A DNA stretch of 39,432 nt, taken from NCBI RefSeq assembly GCF_004010195.1, contig NC_057718.1, positions 46,155,897 to 46,195,328 on the forward strand, written 5' to 3'. Position numbers and translations under genes: made by a program. The notes beneath the pieces are model-generated. The model had not been told where the DNA came from, did not search any database, and was given only the letters and a program-made list of their open reading frames with translations. Within the stretch, counting starts at the first letter, position 1. Every line of letters begins with the position of its first letter. Below, piece by piece: positions 23,376 through 33,067 of the stretch. The stretch is from Chiloscyllium plagiosum. Lineage: Eukaryota.

Positions 23376-23678
23376 GAATGACCAAGGCTGCTGGTTCTCA
23401 GACTTTAATAAATTTGATTATAAACTTTGACCTTGTTGCTGTCCACCCATCTCTATTCTGCTAGGTTCAATTTGGTTTCAGAAAACAGTAGGTCATTGGA
23501 AATATCTGAATGCGGTGGTGATATCAAGTAAAATTGGAGAAATGTTTGGGAAGGAACAGCCTTGGTTATCATCATCATCTGTGTTGTAAAATGAGGGTGC
23601 TCAAAGAGAATGTTAGAATTCTGATTAAGCATCTGCAAATAAAATTCATTGTTCACTTCTGAGATTTGGATTGGGTAA

Positions 23679-24138
23679 AGATTAGATTAGGTTACTTACA
23701 GTGTGGAAACAGGCCTTTGGCTCAACAAGTCCACACCGACCCTCCAAAGAGCAACCCACCCAGACCCATTCCCCTACATTTACCCCTTCACCTAACACTA
23801 CGGGCAATTTAACTTGGCCAATTCACCTAACCTGCATGTTTTTGGACTGTGGGAGGAAACCCACACTAACATGGGGAGAATGTGCAAACTCCACACAGAC
23901 AGTTGCCTGAGGCAGGAATTGAACTTGGGTCTCTGGCGCTGTGAGGCAGCAGTGCTAACGGGCAATTTAACTTGGCCAATTCACCTAACCTGCATGTTTT
24001 TGGACTGTGGGAGGAAACCCACACAAACATGGGGAGAATGTACAAACTCCACACAGACAGTTGCCTGAGGCAGGAATTGAACTTGGGTCTCTAGCGCTGT
24101 GAGGCAGCAGTGCTAACCACTGTGCCACCGTGCCGCCC
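23679..24138 (-). mobile_element. HE1-type V-SINE with an internal 158-bp tandem duplication
   Basis: Units at 23800-23957 and 23958-24115. Confidence 0.95.
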
Positions 24139-24513
24139 TAAGTTAGCCAAACCTGTGCTGGGCAGCAGTCTCCACAATATCTCAGATGTTATTGACTAGT
24201 CCACATTCTTCAAAAATCTGATTGCAGCAGAACACAGAGATTGCTTACTCTGAAAGCAGATCCCTGGGGAGTAGCAGGAATGGAGCATCAGACTGCAGTT
24301 GCACAATCATATTCTATACAATCTAAGGACATTGCTCCGAATGTTGAAGACAGTGCTTCCCATACCATTGCTCCTGTCTTCTGAAAACTTTGCCAAACTC
24401 TGTTGCTGCCTTGAATTTAGTCATGATTTGGAGATGCCGGTGTTGGACTGGGGTGTACAAAGTTAAAAATCACACAACACCAGGTTATAGTCCAACAGGT
24501 TTAATTGGAAGCA

Positions 24514-24548
24514 CGCTAGCTTTCGGAGCGACGCTCCTTCATCAGGTG
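24514..24548 (-). ncRNA. Minimal hammerhead ribozyme motif
   Basis: CAC-CUGAUGA-A-GGAGC-GUC-GCUCC-GAAA-GC-UA-GCG; perfect stem II, one stem I mismatch. Confidence 0.72.
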
Positions 24549-24567
24549 ATTGTCCTGATCACCTGAT

Positions 24568-24602
24568 CACCTGATGAAGAAGCATCGCTCCGAAAGCTAG
24601 TG
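24568..24602 (+). ncRNA. Minimal hammerhead ribozyme motif
   Basis: CAC-CUGAUGA-A-GAAGC-AUC-GCUCC-GAAA-GC-UA-GUG; perfect stem I, one stem II mismatch. Confidence 0.72.
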
Positions 24603-24772
24603 TGCTTCCAATTAAACCTGTTGGACTATAACCTGGTGTTGTGTGATTTTTAACTTTGAATTTAGTCATTTACATGAAAAAGATGAAATGTATAATTAAC
24701 TATTACCTGCTGTATTAATGTTACTGGATCATGAAGTTGGCTATAGAAAAGTCCTGTGGTCATCCATAACAG

Positions 24773-24914
24773 GAGAAAGTGAGGTCTGCAGATGCTGGAG
24801 ATCAGAGCCGAAAATGTGTTGCTGGAAAAGCGCAGTAGGTCAGGCAGCATCCACCTGTTCCCTGGATGCTGCCTGACCTGCTGCGCTTTTCCAGCAACAC
24901 ATTTTCGGCGGCCA
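24773..24914. mobile_element. Fold-back Penelope-like mini-element (family 2), hammerhead absent, 13-bp TSD
   Basis: 47-bp arms at 24807-24853 and 24863-24909 (1 mismatch); TSD TCATCCATAACAG at 24760-24772 and 24915-24927. Confidence 0.85.
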
Positions 24915-25079
24915 TCATCCATAACAGCCCATTTCAAAACATCCAGGCCATTTTTTTTCTCTCAACAACTATTTTTTAATCACATCTGCCTTACCTGTGA
25001 CTACTTCTAGCTGCACTTGATACTACAACAACAGAATAAGTTGGATTTGTACAGCATCTTTAAGGAAATAAAATGCCAC

Positions 25080-25995
25080 ATGGCATTGGTCTCATGGAAA
25101 AATGTGGATTGATTCGAAAGAGTTGACATGGATTTGTTAAAGGAAAATTATGTCTATTTAATTTGCTGAAGATATTTGGCAAAATAACAAAAGGGTAAGA
25201 GTAATTCTATAAATGTGATATCCATCGATTTCCAAAAGATGCTTGAAATAGTGCCACACAATAAACTTGTGAGAAAAGATCACTGGTATCATGGATACAA
25301 AATTTGTTCAGGAATAGGAAACAGTAATGGTTAATGGGTATTTTTAGGCAGGAATATAAGTTCTCTAGATTGTGGTATTCAGGGTCAATTTTAAAGTTTG
25401 CAGGTGAACAAAGCTTGGGACCATTGTAAAGAGAGATATTAATAAAGCATGTAATATTCTAGGCTTCATTAATAGGGACACACAGTATAAGAACAGGAAC
25501 TTACACAGGACACTGCTTAGACCTCAGCTGGAATATTGTTCAGTTCTGCACATCACACGATACAAAGATTCCAGGAATGAGAAACTTCAGTTATGAGAAA
25601 ATATTGGAGAAGCTGAGACTGTTTTTCTTGGAGAGAAAGCTAAGAGGAGATTTGATAGAGGTTTTCAAAATTATGAAGGATGTGGACAGCGTAGATAGGG
25701 AAAAATGGATCCCACTTGCAAATGATTTGAGAACCAAAATATACAATTTTAAAATGTTTTTCAAAAGAGGCAAATGTGAGTTGGGAAAACACTTTCTTAT
25801 TTAAAGTCTGGAAGACCGGTGTAGGCAAGTTCAATTGAGGCATTCAAGAGAGCATTGGATGGCTATTTGAATAGATGCAACATGCAGGGTTGTGGGGAAA
25901 AGCAGGAGACTGGCACTCAGTTGAAATGCTCAGAGAGCCAGCGCAGACATGATGGGTCAAATGGTCTCATTTTGCACTGTGACAATTTTGTGATT
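25080..25995 (+). mobile_element. Old, multiply deleted CR1 LINE ORF2 and tail
   Basis: RPQLEYC and SYEKILEKLRLFFLERKLRGDLIEVFKIMK motifs; CR1-like tail. Confidence 0.82.
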
Positions 25996-26424
25996 CTTCA
26001 CAGGAGTAATTACAAAGCAAAGTTTGACACAGATACACAAATATCCAAAACCAATTTATGCAAAATTCTCACTTTGAGATTACTAAGCAATATATGCCTG
26101 TGTTGTTAATATTATAGAGCAATATTCTTAATTACATTTCCAAATTTCTGTTTTCGAATCTGCATCCTAACCCCAAAAACCCTCCCCTCCAATCCCAAAA
26201 AGGATAAAGAGAAAAACCCTAGTTATATCACTAACCCAGTTACTAAATTGGTGATGCCAATCTTACAAAATGGTTTGGAGCTGTGCTCTGCTGGTAATCT
26301 GTGTTACAGTGAGTAGGATTATCATTTACATGTATTATATGTGCCAATCGCGTACTTATACACTCTTCCATGCACTACAACCTCACATTCACATGCATAA
26401 AAACTCATGCATACGGAAACAATG

Positions 26425-27335
26425 AGAGGGATTTTGTTCCTGCAGTAGGGAACCTCTTAATCAATTGAGGATCCATAGAGATCTCCACCTAGATTCTGTA
26501 AGTTAGGTCTTCCCTTGGACTTAGGACCTCAGAGGTAGAAATTTCACCTCCAGAGAGCTGTTGGGTATTCAGGTGTTGGCAACTCTCCAATATATGAGAC
26601 TGGCCACTGCTAGTAATATACTGGAACCTAGTACAGAATTAGATGCTGAGGCATAAGGCTGGTGGAATCGGAGACAAGGGAAGGTAAAGGTGGTTTTCAA
26701 CGGCTTTGTCCTTTCCCTTTGCCAAGCAGAACTCCAGTCTACAAGAGAGCCTTTCAGGCTACAGATAAACCAGCCCTGCCACCACAGAAATCCGGTGGGC
26801 TCAGGTCAGTTATATCAAGGGACTCATCAAGGAGCCAACCTGATACTCGCCACTAGGCTTAATTAAATTGCAGGAGAGGGCATAACAGCCTTCTCTCCCT
26901 ACCACGAACTGAAGCCCTTAAGTAGGCCTTAGAGGCAGTCAGTACCTGATGGGGGTCTCAGCTTGAGGAAATGAGGGCATTGAGAAACATCTCCAGTTGC
27001 TTCCAAATCCCTCCCCTGATGACCCCCATTCTGTAACCCCTCTCCCACCATTGCTCACTTACACCTGGATTAATTGATAATCCTGGGCTAATGGTTGGCA
27101 TGGAAAGTACCTGGTGGTGCTACGTACAACGAAGGGCTGCTGGTCTCTGATTGATAGCCAACTGAGTCTTGGCAGGTGAGACTGTGCTAGGGTCCTTGCA
27201 CTTGAGGGTGGTCCATTAGTGTCCTGTTGACCACCTGATTGACATTTAATGTGGTGGGCTTCCCAAAAAGATACAGAGCTTCCACTGGCTCTCCTACTGG
27301 TGATTGAGATCCCCATTTCCTTCAGTAAATTTACA
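26425..27335. mobile_element. Old non-autonomous repeat, possibly Harbinger/MITE-like
   Basis: Shares an internal block with 22905-22990; no clear coding remnant. Confidence 0.3.
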
Positions 27336-27407
27336 AAGACACAGGTTGACTTTTGCAGTTATACAATTTCACATTCACTCACAGACTCACATATTTTCAT
27401 GCACAAT

Positions 27408-27790
27408 TAGACAATAGAGAGTAGACAATAGACAATAGGTGCAGGAGTAGGCCATTCTGCCCTTCGAGCCTGCACCACCATTCAATATGATCATGGCTGA
27501 TCCTCCTTAATCAGTATCCTGTTCCTGCCTTATCGCCATAACCCTTGATTCCACAATCCTTGAGAGCTCTATCCAACTCTTTCTTAAATGAATCCAGAGA
27601 CTGGGCCTCCACTGCCCTCTGGGGTAGTTCCGCCATTCCAGGAATTGACCTCGTGAACCTACGCTGCACTCCCTCAATAGCCAGAATGTCTTTCCTCAAA
27701 TTTGGAGACCAGAACTGCACACAATACTCCAGGTGTGGTCTCACCAGAGCCCTGTACAGCTGCAGAAGAACCTCTTTGCTTCTATATTCA
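27408..27790 (-). mobile_element. CR1 LINE 3' end (TAGACAA-tailed family) with an internal deletion
   Basis: LYRALVRPHLEYCVQFWSP..VQRRFTR joined directly to LPQRAVEA; same tail as 39081-39432. Confidence 0.93.
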
Positions 27791-27794
27791 ATTA

Positions 27795-28030
27795 TGCACA
27801 TGGATATGCTCACTGTCACATATACAAACACACACTCACAAATTCACATGCATTCGCACACACACACAAATGCACTTACACAAATGCACAAACTTGCACA
27901 CACATTCACTCTCACACGCTCGTGTATACATTCAAAAATTCATTCATACATAATTTCACAAACTTTTATACCCAAGCACGCATTTAAACATAACTACATA
28001 CAGACGCACACTAACACAAGCACACAAACA
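27795..28030. repeat. Degenerate (CA)n-rich low-complexity tract
   Basis: Interrupted ACAC runs. Confidence 0.85.
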
Positions 28031-29422
28031 GTTAAAATGTATTGTTGTTAAGAAGATGCGTCAGGTCCAACTGTAAACTGTTGACAACAAATTAACAGGC
28101 ACAAGCAAAAATGGGCTGTTAAAGCAAGTAATCTTTCAGCTGCCAACAATACAATCAGGATTGGATTCTCAGTAAATGCATTGTTCATCAAACAACACCA
28201 ATACATCTGGTCTCATGTAGAACAATCACTTGTATTTGCTTTTATTTCTTCAATCTTTGCTTAGTGTCAGAAAATTGTTTCAAGTAGACTGAATAAGGAT
28301 AAAGACTCTTCTAAATTATGTACTGCTGTGTTCTAAAAAGTGTTGCTATCATCTCATGGATTTTATTGCTAAAACTATATTTAGCATGTCCTTGCTTTTA
28401 TGTCCAACTTAACTCTACATGTACTCAAGATCCTCTAAAATCTGATTGTTGATTACAATCCAGCGAAGTATTTTGTTATGTGGTTGCATGTATTTTGGCA
28501 GTTGTAATATATGGTGGGGCTCAGCCACTAGATAGGAATCCACTGCAGATTCAGGGTGGATATCTTAACCAGCATTTGGCCATTTGCTGCTGTCCAATGG
28601 ACAGCAATAAGTTATTGCACATTGAAGAATTAATCAAACCTTTCATTTTACCATCACCTAAAACATTAAATGAATTATTTTGTTCGGAACAGCATTTCAT
28701 TTTTATTAATAGGCCTTAATATTCTTGCATTTATGTGTAACTGATTTGTGTGACTAACACAAGCACATCAGGTCTATTCTTAAGAGGATATCTGGACGTG
28801 CCTGTTTCGTTTATAAGAGGAAGCTCTGTGATATTTGCGTATAAAAGAAGCAATGACACATTGGATAAACAGTACAAATGGGAATAAATAGGTAACTTAA
28901 TAGATTTTTCCTTTAATGAAAAGGGGCTGGCATGAGATGCTGGAAGCAGAGTGACAATACTCTCCTAGGCATTGTTATTCCTATCTATTCAACTACAAAT
29001 GGATAGGCTATAAGTATCGCTAAGTACACCTAAAAGAGATACTGCCTTGTAATCATTGTTTCAACAATTGACAGTTGTTTACACAACAGCAGCGTGCTTT
29101 GTTCTGATTTGAATAATAAACATGCTTAAATACGAGCAAGACAATAGAAGTATAATTGGAATATAGTTTAAAGCAATCGACAAACATTGTGAGGCACATT
29201 TATTTTTAGTAAAATTCTATCCTTACATGTTGCTTTTCAAAGTAATAAATTCAATGTATTGTGTCTCAAATGTGTTCTGACCTGATATAAGCAATATTTA
29301 TACCTGGAAACTGCTGTCAAAATAATGCCTTCTGATGGCAGCAGTTGCACAGCTGAGAGCAGCAGTACCCTGAGTAACAGCTCCGATGGCCTCACTTTTC
29401 ATCATCATGTTCATGGAAAACA

Positions 29423-29640
29423 AGGGCCTCGGTTGGCTGGATAGCTGGATGGCTGGCTTGCAATACAGAACGCCACTAGCAGCATGGGCTCAAATCCTGC
29501 ACCAGCTGGGGTTGCCATGAATCTTCTCAACCTCTTCCCCTCACCTGAGGCAACGGTGACCTGCAGGTTAAACCATCACCGGTTATCTCTCTGTTCTGAC
29601 AGTGCAGCCCTGTGGTCTAGTAGGACTATGATAACTTTAT
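29423..29640 (+). mobile_element. tRNA-derived SINE (third family), diverged
   Basis: B-box-like GGGCTCAAATCCTG followed by CCCCTCACCTGAGG..GGTGACC..CAGGTTAAACC and a GGACTATG..ACTTTA end. Confidence 0.6.
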
Positions 29641-29884
29641 CTAGTATAAAAACATGTGGAGAATCGGGAGGGCAGGCTAAAAGGGGGCAAGACCATCTCT
29701 CTTGTAGAAATGAAAGAAGAGTTCACAATTTCAAGATCACAAATCTCCTAAGGAATTTGAATGCGATGAGAAAGAGACCATGTATTTTTCGTGGGAAGAA
29801 GCTTTACTAATATGTCACTTCATATCGCTGTGGTCCTAGGAATTAGGCCTCCTATTTTAGTATTGTCTGACAATTACTGAATTG

Positions 29885-30197
29885 TCCCCAAAGCCTGACC
29901 ACCATGTGCAAGGCACAATTATTTGGGAGAGTGATGGACTTGCCTGGATGATATACAGGAGAACAACAACACCAGCAAGTTCCCCTCCAAGTCATTCACT
30001 ATCCTGACTTGTAAACATGACACATTCCTTCAATGTCATTGGGTCAAAATTCTGGAACTTCCTCACTAACAGCATTGTGAGGCTGCCTATACCAAATGGA
30101 CTGTAACAGTTCAAGAAGACAGCCTTCTGCCTTCTGAAGGGCAACCAAGATGGGCAAGAAATGCTAGCCTAGCCACATCCCATGAATGAATAAAAAG
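29885..30197 (+). mobile_element. 3' remnant of the 17335-19555 LINE family
   Basis: Collinear with 19040-19555; ends CACATCCCATGAATGAATAAAAA. Confidence 0.8.
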
Positions 30198-30229
30198 AGG
30201 TCCAAAACACACACAAGAAGCTGAACACC

Positions 30230-30951
30230 AACTAGATAAAAGCAACTCATTTGCTTGGCACCCCAGCCACCACTGACAAGCAGTGGATTCAGTGCGCACC
30301 ATTTCAAAATGCACTGCAGCAACTCGCCCAGACTTAATCAACAAGAAACTCACAACCTCTACCTTTATGGGCAGCACGGTGGCACAGTGGTTAGCACTGC
30401 TGCCTCACAGCGCCAGAGACCCAGGTTCAATTCCCGCCTCAGGCAACTGACTGTGTGGAGTTTGCACATTCTCCCTGTCTCTGTGTGGATTTCCTCTGAG
30501 TGCTCCGGTTTCCTCCCACAGTCGAAAAATGTGCAGGTTAGGTGAATTGGCCATGCTAAATTGTCCATTGTGTTAGGTGATGGGGTAAATGTAGGGGAAT
30601 GGGTCTGGGTGGGTTGCGCTTCAGCAGGTCAATGTGGACTTGTTGGGCCGAAGGGCCTGTTTCCACACTGTAAGTAATCTAATCTAACCACCTAAAAGGA
30701 CATGAACAATGGAAGCAATCTGCTCCTGTAAACCCACCTTCAAGCTGTGCTAACCTAGAACAATATTGCTATTCCGCATTGCCATGGGCTGAAAGTCCTG
30801 GGAATCCTTTACAGCACTATGGGAAATTCTACAGCAGATGGACTAGCGGCGGGTCAAATCAATAGCTCACCACCATCGTTGCATGGCAGTGAGGGATGGG
30901 CAACAAATATTGGTCTTTTCATTGCTGCTTCCATTCCCTGAAAGAATAAAA
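30230..30951 (+). mobile_element. Older 3' remnant of the same LINE family, split by an HE1 SINE
   Basis: GATAAAGCA..TTGGCACC and AGCTCACCACCA..AGGGATGGGCAACAAAT tail. Confidence 0.7.
30369..30687 (+). mobile_element. HE1-type V-SINE
   Basis: Full length, with A and B boxes and a TAATC tail. Confidence 0.95.
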
Positions 30952-31204
30952 ACAACTGTTTCTAACTCCAAAACCAAGTCATTGATGTACACAGTGAATA
31001 CGAGCTGTCCCACTAAAGAATCCTGTGTGACAGAATCTGTGTGTGAGACTGACTATGATTCCTATTGTCTGGGGCAGAAGTTGGACTTTGATGCAGCTGT
31101 ATTCTGGATGTAAAAATGAACATAAGGTCTAATTTTGGCCACCAATATTCTGCACCTCAGGAACATTTCCAGAATGTCAATCTTCAGTTGCCTAAAACAA
31201 GGTC

Positions 31205-31545
31205 TTTTTTTTAATGTAGATTCACAGGATGAGGGCATCACTGGCTAGGTAGTATTTATTACACATCCCTAATGGCCCTGAGGGTGGTTTAGAGTCAACT
31301 GCATTGCTGTGGGTCTGGAGTCACATGGAGGCCAGATCAGGTAAGGATGGCAGTTTCTTTGCCTGAAGTATATTAGGTTTTTCTGACAATTGATTCACAG
31401 TCATCATTAGATTATTAATTCCAGATATTTATTGAATTCATATTCCACCATCCACTGCGGCGGGATTCAGATCTGGGTCCCCAGAACATTAACTGGATCT
31501 CTGGATTAACAGTACAGCGATAATACCACTAGGCCATCACCTGCA
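31205..31545 (-). mobile_element. tRNA-derived SINE with a tail shared with the 17335-19555 LINE
   Basis: Minus-strand A box TGGCCTAGTGG, degenerate B box, and tail TTAGGGATGTGTAATAAATACTACCTAGCCAGTGATGCCCTCATCCTGTGAAT. Confidence 0.82.
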
Positions 31546-31659
31546 CATGCTCTTCAAGTGTAGCTAAAATCTAGAAGTGATTTGCACTAAACCAAAGCAC
31601 AATTTTAGAAGGTTACTTTCAAACAGATAGAGTACAAATGATAATCTCAGCTTTAGTAC

Positions 31660-32058
31660 ATAAGGCACAGCTCTGGAATGTGATGGAATAATCTAAGCAC
31701 CATCCTGGATAAAGCAGCCCGCTTGATTGGCAGGCCAATCACCAGCTTCATCATTCACTCCCTCCATCACCAACAGGCAGTGGCAGTAATGAGCCTGATC
31801 TACAAGGTGAAGTGCAGCTAGTCATCAAGGCTCCTTTGACGACACTTTTCAAAACTGTAATAGAAAAACAAAGTCAACAGATGCAAAAGGAACAGCATCA
31901 ATGGAAGTTTCCTTCCAAGCCATCCTGATTTGGAACTATATCATTGTTCCTTAGCTGTCTATGGGTCAAAGTCCTGAAAGTCTCTTTCTAAATTTGTGTG
32001 CAGTTTGCGTGCCCCTGCCACATGGACAGTTACAATTCAAGAAGCTGGCCCACTGTCA
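31660..32058 (+). mobile_element. Another 3' remnant of the 17335-19555 LINE family
   Basis: CACCATCCTGGATAAAGCAGCCCGCTTGATTGGCA aligns with 19137-19172. Confidence 0.75.
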
Positions 32059-32216
32059 TATCCACTGTCCCTGAAGCTACTTGCTCATCATCACTAAGCC
32101 AGGCTCTTCAACTCCTTATGTACTGTAACATTACTCTAGTTACATTATTACATAATAGGTGATCAAATAAAGTGTCCAAAACTTCTCTCTTTACATACTG
32201 AGACTTGACTGGTCTG

Positions 32217-32472
32217 GATTTTGATATGCCGGTGTTGGACTGGGGTGTACAAAGTTAAAAATTGCACTACACCAGGTTATAGTCCAACAGGTTTAATTGG
32301 AAGCACTAGCTTTCGAAGCAACGCTCCTTCATCAGGTGGTAGTCGAGGGCTCAAACCTAACACAGAATTTATAGCAAAAATTTACAGTGTAATGGAACTG
32401 AAACTTTACATTGAAAAATTGATTGTCTGTTAAGCCTTTCATCTGTTAGAATACCGTGATAGTTTCACTTCT
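32217..32472 (-). mobile_element. Penelope-like 3' end (family 3) with hammerhead motif at 32304-32338
   Basis: Near-identical to 24425-24548. Minus strand reads CAC-CUGAUGA-A-GGAGC-GUU-GCUUC-GAAA-GC-UA-GUG. Confidence 0.85.
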
Positions 32473-32484
32473 TCCACTTCTATG

Positions 32485-32567
32485 ATGAGGAACTGAGGGA
32501 GAGTGAGGAGCTGAGTGCGAGCAGGGAGAGTGAGGAGCTGAGTGGAAGCGGTGAGAGTGAGGAGCTG
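32485..32567 (+). repeat. About 27-bp purine-rich tandem repeat running into the assembly gap
   Basis: Repeated G.GAGAGTGAGGAGCTG units. Confidence 0.8.
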
Positions 32568-33067
32568 NNNNNNNNNNNNNNNNNNNNNNNNNNNNNNNNN
32601 NNNNNNNNNNNNNNNNNNNNNNNNNNNNNNNNNNNNNNNNNNNNNNNNNNNNNNNNNNNNNNNNNNNNNNNNNNNNNNNNNNNNNNNNNNNNNNNNNNNN
32701 NNNNNNNNNNNNNNNNNNNNNNNNNNNNNNNNNNNNNNNNNNNNNNNNNNNNNNNNNNNNNNNNNNNNNNNNNNNNNNNNNNNNNNNNNNNNNNNNNNNN
32801 NNNNNNNNNNNNNNNNNNNNNNNNNNNNNNNNNNNNNNNNNNNNNNNNNNNNNNNNNNNNNNNNNNNNNNNNNNNNNNNNNNNNNNNNNNNNNNNNNNNN
32901 NNNNNNNNNNNNNNNNNNNNNNNNNNNNNNNNNNNNNNNNNNNNNNNNNNNNNNNNNNNNNNNNNNNNNNNNNNNNNNNNNNNNNNNNNNNNNNNNNNNN
33001 NNNNNNNNNNNNNNNNNNNNNNNNNNNNNNNNNNNNNNNNNNNNNNNNNNNNNNNNNNNNNNNNNNN
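32568..33067. other. Assembly gap (500 N)
   Basis: Run of N. Confidence 1.

Larger units (their letters stand above)
24425..24655. mobile_element. Fold-back Penelope-like mini-element (family 3) with two opposed hammerhead motifs and a 14-bp TSD
   Basis: 93-bp inverted arms at 24458-24550 and 24566-24658 (3 mismatches); TSD TTGAATTTAGTCAT at 24411-24424 and 24656-24669. Confidence 0.88.
23400..25020 (+). mobile_element. Highly decayed RTE-clade LINE reverse-transcriptase fossil hosting three younger insertions
   Basis: In RT order after removing the inserts: QFGFRKQ (23468), LEKCLGRNSLGY, GCSKRML, PNVEDSASHT (24337, like YADD), AALNLVIYMKKMKCI (like FGLTINLKKTEV), IHNSPFQNIQAIFFLSTTI (like V..F.YLGS). 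Confidence 0.55.

Noticed and set aside
23633..24249. Minus-strand intron with donor GA|GTAAGC and acceptor TTTTATTTGCAG
   Set aside because: The flanking frames contain stops, and the region is better explained as the antisense of an RTE RT fossil.
24425..24914. DNA-transposon MITEs, CRISPR repeats, terminators or miRNA genes
   Set aside because: The arms match Penelope-type terminal repeats found unpaired elsewhere in the window, are asymmetric, and have 13-14-bp TSDs. There is no repeat-spacer array, and the DNA is eukaryotic.
27545..28051. His/Thr-rich ORFs
   Set aside because: Antisense CR1 sequence plus a (CA)n low-complexity tract.
28200..28660. Protein-like minus-strand frame after an AG acceptor (GDGKMKGLIN..CWLRYPP)
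   Set aside because: Frequent stops. There is only a faint resemblance to retroelement RNase H in another frame, which is not enough to call.
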